Part shown: positions 10,693 to 20,066 of the stretch, in pieces
How positions within the stretch are numbered: position 1 is the stretch's first letter
How the letters are laid out: each line of letters opens with the position of its first letter
DNA from: Candidatus Krumholzibacteriota bacterium
Lineage (GTDB): Bacteria; Krumholzibacteriota; Krumholzibacteriia; JAJRXK01
NCBI GenBank assembly: GCA_963764625.1
Contig: CAVXTH010000009.1
Coordinates: 1,062,292-1,126,291 of the forward strand
DNA length: 64,000 bases
Reading direction: 5' to 3'
Notes under the pieces: model-generated
Database searches by the model: none
Seen by the model: only the letters and a program-made list of their open reading frames with translations
Told to the model about the DNA's origin: nothing
Made by a program: the position numbers and the translations under genes

Positions 10693-11589
10693 ATGGAGGG
10701 CGAAACCCAGGGCGACCGCGGCGAATCGATCGAGGTCCTGAACTTTGAGAACGGGATCCTGCGCGCTTCAAATGGAGAGCAGGCGAGCTGGCCGCGTCTG
10801 GCCCTGTTGGGTGATCCGGTGGAGCACAGCCTGAGCCCGGCGCTTCACGGGGCGGCGCTGCAAGGCGCGAACCTCCCCGGCCAGTATCGTTGCGTGAGAG
10901 TGGCCGGCGAGGAGTTCGAGGCCTGCCTCCGCTCCGCCCTGAAGGCCGAGGCCGTGGGCCTGAACGTCACCCTTCCGCATAAGGAGCGCGCGCTGCGCGC
11001 ATGCCACCAGAGTTCCTCTCTGGCCGGGCGTGTCGGCGCGGCGAATACTCTGGTGCCGGTACCGAACGGATGGGAGGCCCACAACACCGACGTGGGAGGC
11101 TTGAAGGACGCGCTGCGACTGGCGTTTCCCGGCCGCCCTTGGCGGGGAGAATGCGTGGTGGTGGGAGCGGGTGGCGCCGCGCGGGCCGCGGTGGTCGCGC
11201 TATTCGAGCTGAGCGCGCAGCGGGTGAGAGTCTTCGCGCGCCGGGTGGAACGCGCAGGGTGGGCCGCATCGTTCGGCGCCTCCGCCGAAGACCTTCGCAC
11301 CGCTGCTCTGGATTCGGCCACCCTGCTCATCCAGGCCACTCCTCTGGGATTGCTTCCTGAGGACCCCAGTCCGCTCGACCCGGGCCGGATTCCAGATGGG
11401 TGCGCGCTGATGGATCTCTGCTATGGCGCGACTCCCTCTGCTCTCTTGCGCGCGCACCGCACCAGAGGCCCCGTGGCGGACGGAAGGGAGATGCTCTGCG
11501 CCCAGGCGGCGCGTTCCTTCCGCCTCTGGTTTCCTGCAGCGCAACCCGAAGAATTCATTCGTCGCGCTTGCCCCAAGTCTCCTCTCTGA
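10693..11589 (+). CDS. aroE: Shikimate dehydrogenase
   Basis: GDPVEHSLSP, NVTLPHKE, AANTL, NTD, GAGGAARA, DLCY. Confidence 0.92.
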   Translation: MEGETQGDRGESIEVLNFENGILRASNGEQASWPRLALLGDPVEHSLSPALHGAALQGANLPGQYRCVRVAGEEFEACLRSALKAEAVGLNVTLPHKERALRACHQSSSLAGRVGAANTLVPVPNGWEAHNTDVGGLKDALRLAFPGRPWRGECVVVGAGGAARAAVVALFELSAQRVRVFARRVERAGWAASFGASAEDLRTAALDSATLLIQATPLGLLPEDPSPLDPGRIPDGCALMDLCYGATPSALLRAHRTRGPVADGREMLCAQAARSFRLWFPAAQPEEFIRRACPKSPL

Positions 11590-11613
11590 GTTCTCCCGGT
11601 GAAAGTATGAGCG

Positions 11614-12351
11614 ATGGGAATTCGCGAGTCCGCCCTCTCGTGGCGGCAAGGATTGATCGATTTGGCTTGGCCTTCCCGATGTCCCGTCTGTGAATCCTGG
11701 TTGGGAGAGACTTCGAGTTCGCGCGGCGAGGGAGAGGACTTCGCGCTTTCGCGGCTGATCCACCGCGAGTGTCTGGAGAGCCTCTCTCCCTCGGGGCACG
11801 CGCTCGACCGGCCGAGCAACGCGCCGGCGTCGTGTCCGGTCGCCTGGCGCTACCGAGACGATTCGCGGTTCTTTCGCATCCTCCACGCGATCAAGTACGG
11901 CGGCCAGTATCCTCTCATCGAGGCGCTCTGCGACAGTTTCGCCGCCTGGGCCGCGCCCCTCCTGCCGCCTCTTTCGACGGGAAGGATCGTCCCGTTGCCG
12001 GAGGATCCGCTGCGACTGGCTCGGCGCGGGCATTCGCTTCCCCGGGCCCTGGCGGCGGCGTTGGCGCGTACTGCGAACTTGCCGCTGGTGGAGGGGATAC
12101 TTATTAGAAGAAAGGCGGCCCTGGGACTGGCAACTCTCGCGCAGAAGAGCGAGCGTGAGGCCGCGCTGAAATCTGTCTTTGGGGTGAGCCGTCTGGCGGA
12201 ACTTCCTTCGGGCGTCCCCCTGATTTTGGTGGATGACCAGGTGACGACGGGAGCGACTCTGGCCGCATGCGTGCTCCTCCTGCGTTCGCGAGGGCACCCT
12301 CTCTTGGCCCTGGCTCTGGCCGGCGCCAAGGCGGCGCCACGGCGAGTGTGA
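11614..12351 (+). CDS. comF: ComF family phosphoribosyltransferase-domain protein
   Basis: N-terminal CPVC...HREC zinc-ribbon-like motif, AIKY, PRT motif LVDDQVTTGATL. Confidence 0.85.
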   Translation: MGIRESALSWRQGLIDLAWPSRCPVCESWLGETSSSRGEGEDFALSRLIHRECLESLSPSGHALDRPSNAPASCPVAWRYRDDSRFFRILHAIKYGGQYPLIEALCDSFAAWAAPLLPPLSTGRIVPLPEDPLRLARRGHSLPRALAAALARTANLPLVEGILIRRKAALGLATLAQKSEREAALKSVFGVSRLAELPSGVPLILVDDQVTTGATLAACVLLLRSRGHPLLALALAGAKAAPRRV

Positions 12352-12353
12352 CC

Positions 12354-12383
12354 TTGACACTTCGGGACTCGAGTCTCTACTAT
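12354..12383 (+). promoter_or_regulatory. sigma70 promoter for pgk-tpiA
   Basis: TTGACA-18 nt-TACTAT. Confidence 0.7.
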
Positions 12384-12497
12384 GATCCAGGAGTCATCGA
12401 GAGTATAAGCATTTGAAACACAACGAGATACCGCATCAACTCCGGCGCCGATAGGGGAAGCGACCGCGGGAAGACGAGCCGGGAGAATCGGGGAATC

Positions 12498-13709
12498 ATG
12501 AAGAAGCTCTCAGTCCAGGACATCGATCTTCAAGGGGTACGCGTGCTCACCCGGGTGGATTTCAACGTGCCGATGAACGAGGCGCAAGAGATCACCGATG
12601 ACACGCGGATCCGGGCCTCGCTCTCGACCCTCGATCTCGTCCGAGCCCGGGGGGGGCAGCTCATTCTCATGAGCCACTTGGGCCGGCCCAAAGGGCAACG
12701 CATCGAGTCGATGAGCTTGCGTCCCGTCGCGGATCGACTCGCGGAGCTGTGCAAGGCTCCGGTACGATTCGTTCCCGACTGCGTGGGGGAGGAGGCCAAG
12801 GCCGCGCTCTCGAGCCTGAGTGGCGGTGAGATCGTGCTTCTGGAAAATCTCCGCTTCCATGCGGAGGAAACCGCGAACGATCCACAGTTCGCATCTGCCT
12901 TGGCCCAGTGGGGGGACGTCTACGTCAACGATGCCTTCGGGACCGCCCATCGGGCGCACGCGAGTACGGTGGGAGTGGCTCCGCACTTCGACCTACGCGT
13001 CTCGGGCCTTCTCATGGCCAAAGAGCTGGACAACCTCCAAGGCTTGCTCGAAAAGCCGGCGCAGCCCTTCGTGGCGGTCCTGGGCGGTGCCAAGGTGAGC
13101 GGCAAGATCGAGGTCGTCGCCAACCTCTTGGATCGTGTCGATTCGATCCTGATCGGCGGAGGCATGGCCTTCACCTTCTTCAAGGTGCATGGATTGGAGG
13201 TGGGGGCGAGCTTGGTGGAGGAGGGCCTCACGGATACGGTGCGGGAGATTCTGGAACGGGCCAAGAATTCGCGCACCCGGATTCTCCTGCCGCAAGACGT
13301 GGTCGTGAGCAGCGAGTTCTCCGAGAAGGGGACGCTGAAAGAAGTGCTCGTCACCGACATCCCGGAATCATGGCAAGGACTCGACATCGGTCCGCGGACC
13401 ACGAAGTTCTTCGCCGAGGAGATCGCGCGGGCGCGGACCGTGTTCTGGAATGGGCCCATGGGAGTCTTCGAAATGGCCCGATTTGCCCGCGGCACCCGGG
13501 CGATCGCTCGCGCCATTGCGCGCGCAACGGAACAAGGAGCGCGCACGGTGGTAGGAGGCGGGGACTCCGTGGCGGCGGTGAATCAGCTGGATCTCGCCGC
13601 CTCGATTTCGCACCTCTCCACCGGCGGGGGCGCCTCGCTGGAGCTCTTGGCGGGAAAGACCCTGCCCGGGGTGGAGGTGCTGTCCGACGTGAGCTCCTCT
13701 CCCGTCTGA
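12498..13709 (+). CDS. pgk: Phosphoglycerate kinase
   Basis: RVDFNVP, SHLGRP, LLENLRF, NDAFGTAHRAHAS, WNGPMGVFE, STGGGASLE. Confidence 0.98.
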   Translation: MKKLSVQDIDLQGVRVLTRVDFNVPMNEAQEITDDTRIRASLSTLDLVRARGGQLILMSHLGRPKGQRIESMSLRPVADRLAELCKAPVRFVPDCVGEEAKAALSSLSGGEIVLLENLRFHAEETANDPQFASALAQWGDVYVNDAFGTAHRAHASTVGVAPHFDLRVSGLLMAKELDNLQGLLEKPAQPFVAVLGGAKVSGKIEVVANLLDRVDSILIGGGMAFTFFKVHGLEVGASLVEEGLTDTVREILERAKNSRTRILLPQDVVVSSEFSEKGTLKEVLVTDIPESWQGLDIGPRTTKFFAEEIARARTVFWNGPMGVFEMARFARGTRAIARAIARATEQGARTVVGGGDSVAAVNQLDLAASISHLSTGGGASLELLAGKTLPGVEVLSDVSSSPV

Positions 13710-13743
13710 GGGTGAGCGCCAGCTTCGCCAAAGGGGAATCGTC

Positions 13744-14499
13744 ATGAGACGCCCACTGATCATCGGGAACTGGAAGATGAACTTGGGGCTCGCCGAGAGT
13801 CTCGGCTTGGCCCGCGATCTCAAACGGCAGCTGGCCGGAGTCTACGCGGGTCCTGAAGTCATGGTCTGTCCCTCCATGCCGTTTCTGTCTTCCGTCATGG
13901 ACGTGCTCCAGGGAAGCGTGATGGGAGTGGGGAGTCAGGATCTCGCCCATCAGGAGAGGGGTGCGTTCACCGGTGCAGTGAGCGCCGAGCAGCTCAAGGA
14001 ACTGGGGATTCGCTGCTGCATCCTGGGCCATAGTGAGCGGAGGCAGTTTTTCGGGGAAACGGACGAGCTCGTGGCCGCGAAACTTCGCGCGACCTTCCGG
14101 GTGGGGCTACTCCCGGTGGTGTGCTTCGGCGAGAGCGAGGAGATCAGGCTTCAGGGAAAGACCGAATCCTTCGTGAGTGGGCAGATTCATGCCGCTTTGG
14201 GAGGTTTGCACGCACCTCAGGCCGCCGCCGTCGTGCTGGCATACGAGCCGATCTGGGCCATCGGGACCGGCAACAGCGCGCAACCGGAGGACGCCGAGGC
14301 GGTGCATCGCCTCGTGCGGGGAATCCTCAAGGAGCGTTTCGGCGACGAAGTCTCCCAGAACGTCCGCATCCTCTACGGAGGCAGCGTCACCCCGGAGAAC
14401 ATCGTTCAGTACATGCACTGCCAGAACATCGACGGGGCGCTGGTGGGTGGCGCGAGCCTGAAAGCCGAGTCGTTCCGGCGGATCATCGAGTATCACTGA
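13744..14499 (+). CDS. tpiA: Triosephosphate isomerase
   Basis: GNWKMN, GHSERR, AYEPIWAIGTG, LYGGSV, LVGGASL. Confidence 0.98.
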   Translation: MRRPLIIGNWKMNLGLAESLGLARDLKRQLAGVYAGPEVMVCPSMPFLSSVMDVLQGSVMGVGSQDLAHQERGAFTGAVSAEQLKELGIRCCILGHSERRQFFGETDELVAAKLRATFRVGLLPVVCFGESEEIRLQGKTESFVSGQIHAALGGLHAPQAAAVVLAYEPIWAIGTGNSAQPEDAEAVHRLVRGILKERFGDEVSQNVRILYGGSVTPENIVQYMHCQNIDGALVGGASLKAESFRRIIEYH

Positions 14500-14548
14500 G
14501 AGGGAGAATTCGGGCCGTATCGCCCCTCTGCACCCCCGATCGGCCCAT

Positions 14549-14577
14549 TTGACACCGAGAGAGCGGCATGCTACTTT
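14549..14577 (+). promoter_or_regulatory. sigma70 promoter for secG-tRNA-Leu
   Basis: TTGACA-17 nt-TACTTT with an extended -10 TG. Confidence 0.7.
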
Positions 14578-14646
14578 ACCCTGCTCTTTGCGGAGACGGC
14601 CTTCTATGGTCGTCTCCTCGACCGATCTAGATCAAAGGTCAGAACC

Positions 14647-15117
14647 ATGTACGGACTCGCAATCATCGTTCATTTGCTCATCTCCATCGTGCTCTGCGTA
14701 GTCGTGCTCCTGCAGTCTTCCAAAGGAGACGGTCTGGCGGGCGCGTTCGGTGGCGGCGGCGCGGGGCAGGCCGTGTTTGGCGCGCGGGGCGTGACGACGA
14801 TTTTGCACAAAGCAACGATTTATCTGGGCGCGGCCTTCATGATCAGCAGCGTGATTCTGGTCTTTCTGACGATCAATGAGGGAACCCCGGGCACGCAAAG
14901 CCGACTCAGCCGCCAGGCGGCGGAAAGGGTTCCGGTGGAGAGCGCGCCGCTTCCCCAAAGTGGGGGAGTTCCGATCTCACCCTCCGATATTCCCACGGCC
15001 GATCAATCACCAAAGGGAGTCGAGAAACCTCAATCAAGTGCGCCGAGTTCTGCGGACAAGAACGCCACGGGAGCTTCTTCAGGCAAGGAAAAGCAATCCA
15101 GTGGTGGCGGACAATAG
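14647..15117 (+). CDS. secG: Preprotein translocase subunit SecG (long low-complexity C-terminal tail)
   Basis: VLLQSSKGDGLAGAFGGGG loop between two TM helices. Canonical tpiA-secG-tRNA-Leu order. Confidence 0.95.
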   Translation: MYGLAIIVHLLISIVLCVVVLLQSSKGDGLAGAFGGGGAGQAVFGARGVTTILHKATIYLGAAFMISSVILVFLTINEGTPGTQSRLSRQAAERVPVESAPLPQSGGVPISPSDIPTADQSPKGVEKPQSSAPSSADKNATGASSGKEKQSSGGGQ

Positions 15118-15133
15118 GTGAGCATGCTCATGC

Positions 15134-15218
15134 GCCCGGGTGGTGGAATTGGTAGACACGCTATCTTGAGGGGGTAGTGGCGAGAGCCGTGCGGGTTCGA
15201 ATCCCGCCCCGGGCACCA
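15134..15218 (+). tRNA. tRNA-Leu(GAG)
   Basis: Acceptor GCCCGGG/CCCGGGC-ACCA, anticodon arm CTATC-TT GAG GG-GGTAG, long variable arm, T-loop GTTCGAATC. Confidence 0.97.
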
Positions 15219-15226
15219 TGTCTGTT

Positions 15227-15260
15227 GAGGTCTCGAGTTCATCGAGACCTCTATTTTTTT
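15227..15260 (+). terminator. Rho-independent terminator after tRNA-Leu
   Basis: 10-bp stem GAGGTCTCGA/TCGAGACCTC, 5-nt loop, followed by TATTTTTTT. Confidence 0.88.
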
Positions 15261-15262
15261 GT

Positions 15263-15291
15263 TTGACACGAAAAACTGAGATCCGAATAAT
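15263..15291 (+). promoter_or_regulatory. Putative promoter of the Lys/Arg-repeat gene
   Basis: TTGACA-17 nt-AATAAT directly after the terminator. Confidence 0.55.
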
Positions 15292-15397
15292 CCGGATGAT
15301 TTCCGATCTGGAACGTGAGTTGCTCATAATTTCCAGTTCGGGAACCGTTCCGAGGGGCGTCGCCCCTCAAGGCTGCACACAAAAGCGAGGCATAAGA

Positions 15398-15754
15398 ATG
15401 GAAGACGGAATCATCATGGAAGCGGCGGCTAAGAAGCGAACCGCTCGCAAGAAGAAGACCACGGGTCGTAAGAAGAAGACGACGGCCCGCAAGAAGAAGA
15501 CCACGGGCCGCAAGAAGAAGACGACCGCCCGTAAGAAGAAGACCACTGGTCGCAAGAAGAAGACTACGGGCCGCAAGAAGAAGACTACGGCCCGTAAGAA
15601 GAAGACCACGGGCCGCAAGAAGAAGACGACCGCCCGTAAGAAGAAGACCACTGGTCGTAAGAAGAAGACGACCGCCCGTAAGAAGAAGACCACTGGCCGT
15701 AAGAAGAAGACTACGGCCCGTAGAAAGAAGACCACGGTTCGCAAGAAGAAGTAA
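15398..15754 (+). CDS. Highly basic histone H1/protamine-like repeat protein
   Basis: GAGG RBS then ATG 15398 (alternative ATG 15416). 14 x RKKKTT(G/A). Repeat units vary mostly at synonymous third positions, which supports coding. Confidence 0.82.
   Translation: MEDGIIMEAAAKKRTARKKKTTGRKKKTTARKKKTTGRKKKTTARKKKTTGRKKKTTGRKKKTTARKKKTTGRKKKTTARKKKTTGRKKKTTARKKKTTGRKKKTTARRKKTTVRKKK
15446..15751 (+). repeat. 21-bp coding tandem repeat, 14 units plus a partial unit
   Basis: Unit approximately CGY AAG AAG AAG ACN ACN GSY. Confidence 0.95.
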
Positions 15755-15776
15755 CCGCGGCATTCTTTCCCGACGT

Positions 15777-15811
15777 AGAAGAGGCGCCCTGTGTGGGCGC
15801 CTCTTCTCTTT
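15777..15811. terminator. Probably bidirectional terminator between convergent genes
   Basis: 13-bp stem AGAAGAGGCGCCC/GGGCGCCTCTTCT with a 5-nt loop, then CTTT. Confidence 0.8.
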
Positions 15812-15863
15812 GAGTGTGGGTCCGGCAGGGACCGAAGTTCAAGCGGAACGGAATGAGGGCGGC

Positions 15864-16775
15864 TCAACCCCCCGCGCCGGTCGGGGGCTTCTGGGCGCCG
15901 GCCGGCTGGGGGGACTGGTCAGCGGGAGGATTCTCGTAGATCTCTTCGGGGACCTTGTGTTTCCAGACGACCCCAATGCTGGCCATCGGGTACTGCACGG
16001 CGCGATTCAGATCGACCTCGTCCTGGGTCCAGGTGAAGAGCGCCGAGGAGACTCCCAACTTGAGCGCAAGCCTCTCGTTCAGCTCGTAGCGAAGCCCGGT
16101 TCCGTACTGAAAGTAGAGCGCGCCCACGCTGTCGGAGTTGGGGAAGCTATTGAGGAGGCCTCCGAGACCCAGGAGCAGGTAGGGCCTCAGAGTTCTCTTC
16201 CCGAAGATGAACGTCATGTTGGCGCCGCCCTGGACCCAGCTCACGGTCGAGCGATCCCACTCGAAGCGACCGTCGGCCTGGGAGGGATCGTAGAACGGGT
16301 TGTTCGTGTCGACCCCGGTGGGGTCCTGATACTGGCCGGTGATCTTGGCCTGAGACTGTCCGAAGGCGCCGATGAGCTCCAGCCCGAAGGCATCGGTCAG
16401 AAAGAAGGTGGCGCTCATCCCTCCAAAGTGCCCGCTTTCAATGCTCTTGTGCGTCGCGTCGATCTGTCCCGGGTACTTCGGTTGCGCCAGCAGGTCGCCG
16501 TCGTAGTCCAGGATTTGGGCCGCTCCCAGGTCGGTCGTCTGGGGCGCGATGGGAGGGAGACTCAGATAGGTCACCCCCCCGAACATGCCCCCGAAAAGCG
16601 AGAGCTCGATGCGATGGATCTGCCCCAGTTTGTGGCTGGCATCGTCCTTTTTCATGGGCTGGGCTAGAGCACCGAGCGGTCCGAGCAGCAGGAGGCTCAA
16701 AAAAACGGCCACCGGAAACAGCGAGCGGGCAGGCCGACGCGCGGGAAGGAGCTGCGAATGAGTGATCTGAAACAT
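15864..16775 (-). CDS. Outer-membrane beta-barrel protein (8-strand OmpA/OmpW-like)
   Basis: Signal peptide (VAVFLSLLLLGPLGALA) and amphipathic strands IELSLFGGMFGG, FGLELIGAFG, RPYLLLGLGG, YGTGLRYELNERLALKL. Confidence 0.7.
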   Translation of the reverse strand: MFQITHSQLLPARRPARSLFPVAVFLSLLLLGPLGALAQPMKKDDASHKLGQIHRIELSLFGGMFGGVTYLSLPPIAPQTTDLGAAQILDYDGDLLAQPKYPGQIDATHKSIESGHFGGMSATFFLTDAFGLELIGAFGQSQAKITGQYQDPTGVDTNNPFYDPSQADGRFEWDRSTVSWVQGGANMTFIFGKRTLRPYLLLGLGGLLNSFPNSDSVGALYFQYGTGLRYELNERLALKLGVSSALFTWTQDEVDLNRAVQYPMASIGVVWKHKVPEEIYENPPADQSPQPAGAQKPPTGAGG

Positions 16776-17052
16776 GTGAAGGGCCCGGTCGAGGGGCGGG
16801 CTAGGGTGAATAAAGGTCGCATAGGCTGCGAGCGGGACCCATCTCCTCTCCGAGCGCGGCGCGCGAGAGGAAGCGAAATCGATCGTCACCCGCTGAGCTA
16901 GCAGCCGGAAGAATCTATCCTCTCCGGTAGCGGACTGTAAAGACCTAAGCCCCGGGGGAAAGCCGACTGCCACCGATGGCTGGTCCAATATACGGTGGTG
17001 AAATGGCGAGGGAAAGCCCAACACAAAGTGCGGCTTGCGTACGCGCGCCACG

Positions 17053-17082
17053 TTGACACTCTTTTGTCAAACGCGCTAGATT
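17053..17082 (+). promoter_or_regulatory. sigma70 promoter of the fusA-paralog operon, with -35 embedded in a palindrome
   Basis: TTGACA-18 nt-TAGATT. TTGACA-N6-TGTCAA spans 17053-17070. Confidence 0.6.
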
Positions 17083-17196
17083 AGCGTGCTCTGACGCTCG
17101 ACTCCGCCTTGTCTCCGCGCCTTTCCAGTGCTTCGTGGAGACCTCAGGGGCGGGGACGCTTCCTTTCCCACGACCAAGAGTCGGGAGGCATCCGCC

Positions 17197-19276
17197 TTGA
17201 AGACCTATGAGCCCTCGAAAATCCGCAATGTGGCCCTCCTTTCCCACCAGGCGGCCGGAAAGACCACTCTGGCAGAAGCTATTCTCTACAAGACGAAGGC
17301 CATCGGACGGATGGGCAGCGTGGACGAGGGAAGCAGTAATCTGGACTATCACCCCAACGAAATCGAACGCAAGACCAGTATTTACCTGGCCTTAGGCGCT
17401 TGTGAATACGAGGGGACCAAATTCAACCTCCTCGACACCCCTGGCTTCGAGGACTTCCGCGGCGACGTGATGGCGGCGCTCTCGGTGGTGGAGAGCGCCA
17501 TCGTCCTGGTGCGCGCCGACGGGGGGGTGGAGGTGGGCACCGAGAGTCTCTGGGAGAAGCTCGATGAGAGGAAGCTCCCCAGCATGATCGTGGTCTCGAA
17601 GATGGACAAGGAGCACGCCGACTTCACCTCGTCCCTGGAGCAGATCCACTCGCAGCTCAGCAAGAAGGCAATTCCCATTCAACTCCCGATCGGAGAAGGC
17701 GAAGACTTCAAGGGCGTGATCGATGTGGCACTGGGCCAGGCGTATCTCTACGACGACAAGGGGGAGTCGAGGGAAGCGGAGGTTCCCGAGGACATGAAAG
17801 CCCTCTACGAGTCGACCCGCGAGGAGCTGCTCAACGCCGCGGCGGAGCACGACGATGGTCTGGTCGAGAAGTTTCTCGAGGAGGGAACGCTCAATTACGA
17901 GGAAATCGTCAAGGGCATCCGCATCGGAGTCAGAGATCGCTCGTTCATTCCCGTGTGTGCGGTGAGCGCGCACTCGCTCCGCGGAATGAAGCAGATGCTG
18001 CACTACGTGAAGGAGTATCTCCCCGCAGCCGATGCCTTCGGCGAGATCGGCGCCGTCGATTCCAAGGGGGAGGAAACCAAGATCAAGATCGGTAAAGACG
18101 CCCCTCTGGCGGTGCGCGTCTTCAAGATCTCGCTGGAAAAGGAGGCCGGGGAGTTCGCTCTGATGCGGGTCTACGCTTCGCAGCTCTCTGCGGGGGACGA
18201 AGTGAGTAACCGGAACCGTGGACATAGCGAGCGGCTCACCCAGCTCTTTCAGCTCGAGGGCAAGAACCGGGAGAAGATCGAGTCCATTGGATGCGGGGAT
18301 TTCGGCGCCGCGGTCAAGCTGAAGAACACGCACGCGGGCGACACTCTGGGCGCCAAGAGTTCCACGGAACTCTTCCGGCCCATTCCCTATCCGGAAACGA
18401 ACAGCCGAATGGCGATCAGCCCGGTGGGGGCCGGTGACGACGACAAGATGGTCAACGGTCTGCACAAGCTCCGCGAGGAGGATCCGACTTTCTCGATCGA
18501 AATGGACCCGCAGACCCACGAGCTGGTCATGCAGGGCCAAGGCGAGCTGCATTTCGACATCATCCTGCAGAATCTAAAGGAAGCTACCGGCGTCGAAGTG
18601 CAACGCCGCGAGCCGAAGATCCCCTACCTGGAGACGATCAAGGGAAAGACAGAGATCCAGGCGCGTCACAAGAAGCAGACGGGAGGACGGGGCCAATTCG
18701 CCGACGTGAGTCTCCGCTTCGAGTCGCTTCCGCGCGGTGAGGGTTTCGAGTTCGTGAACGCGATCGTGGGCGGCGCGATTCCCGGCAAGTTCATTCCGGC
18801 GGTGGAGAAGGGTCTGAAGGAGTCGATGCAGAAGGGGCCCCTGGCCGCCTGTCAGGTGGTCGATCTGAAGGCTACTCTGTACGACGGCGGATTCCACGCG
18901 GTGGACTCCAGCGAAGCCGCGTTCAAGACGGCGGCTTCCACCGCCCTTCGCGAGTGTTTCGCCAAGACGCAGGCCGTCCTGCTCGAGCCCATCTACGAGA
19001 TCGAAGTGAAGTGCCCCGACGAAGTCATGGGCGACGTCATGGGAGACCTGAGCTCGCGGCGGGGACGCATCATGGGGACCGAGACCCAGGGGCACTTCGC
19101 GGTGGTCAAGGCGCACGTACCTTTGGCCGAGCTCTATCGCTACAGCACGACTCTGAGGAGCATGACCCAGGGTCGCGGAACCCATACTCGCAAGTTTCAG
19201 GGCTACGAAGAAGTGCCGGGCGATTCGATGAGCAAGATCGTCGAGGCGGCCAAGAGAGGATCACGAAGAGGCCTAG
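17197..19276 (+). CDS. fusA: Elongation factor G paralog (EF-G2-like), with an apparent indel near the 3' end
   Basis: RBS GGGAGG then TTG 17197. AGKTT, DTPG, HKKQTGGRGQF, VDSSE, LLEPI, LRSMTQGRG. The likely true stop is TAG 19274-19276 in the +1 frame. Confidence 0.9.
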
Positions 19277-19307
19277 AGCGCGTTTCACCGGTACTAGGAG
19301 GAGCACG

Positions 19308-20066
19308 GTGTCAGGACATTCCAAGTGGGCCACCATCAAACGGAAGAAGGGTGCGGCCGACGCCAAGCGAGGCAAACTCTTCACGCGCCTGGGCAAGGAA
19401 ATCACCATCGCCGCGCGCGACGGTGGGGGCGAGCTCGAGACAAATCCGCGGCTTCGCAGCGCCATCGAGACCGCGCGCGCTCAGAACATGCCCAAGGACA
19501 ACATCGAGCGGGCCATCAAGAGGGGCACCGGAGAGGTCGAGGGCGCACGCTACGAGGAGATCACTTACGAGGGCTACGGACACGGCGGAGTGGCGATTCT
19601 CGTTTCGACTGTCACCGACAACACCAATCGAACCGCGGCCGACGTGCGCCACGGGTTCAGCAAGTACGGCGGAAAGATGGCCGACCCCGGCAGCGTAGCC
19701 TACCTCTTCGAGACCAAGGGGATCTTCAGTCTGGACGCGACGGTGGCCGACGAAGAACGCGTGATGGAAGTGGTGATCGATGCCGGCGCAGAGGACGTGC
19801 ATGAGGAAGGCGGAACGGTGGAAATCACCTGTCCCCGCGAGGCATTTCACGCGGTGAGCTCGGCTCTGGCCGAAGCCGGACTGGCAACCCTCTCTGCCGA
19901 GCTCACTCCGGTGCCCTCGACCTTGATCACGGTGACCGGAGAAGATGCCCGGCGCCTCCTGAAACTCATCAATGCCCTGGACGACCTGGACGATACCCAG
20001 CAAGTCAGCGCGAATCTGGACATTCCCGAGGATGAAATGGCCGCTTTGCAGGATGAGTTGGCATGA
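19308..20066 (+). CDS. yebC: YebC/PmpR family protein
   Basis: RBS AGGAGG then GTG. SGHSKWATIKRKKG, NPRLR, YEGYG, TDNTNRT. Lies upstream of ruvC. Confidence 0.96.
   Translation: MSGHSKWATIKRKKGAADAKRGKLFTRLGKEITIAARDGGGELETNPRLRSAIETARAQNMPKDNIERAIKRGTGEVEGARYEEITYEGYGHGGVAILVSTVTDNTNRTAADVRHGFSKYGGKMADPGSVAYLFETKGIFSLDATVADEERVMEVVIDAGAEDVHEEGGTVEITCPREAFHAVSSALAEAGLATLSAELTPVPSTLITVTGEDARRLLKLINALDDLDDTQQVSANLDIPEDEMAALQDELA

Noticed and set aside
15134-15218. tRNA-Leu as an integration site for an island
   Set aside because: No integrase and no duplicated tRNA 3' end seen downstream. A terminator follows directly.
15446-15751. Possible CRISPR array
   Set aside because: Repeats are contiguous with no unique spacers, vary at synonymous codon positions, and no cas genes are nearby.
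19277-19698. C-terminal extension of the 856-aa EF-G ORF
   Set aside because: Low-complexity off-frame translation over yebC, explained by an indel near 19255.
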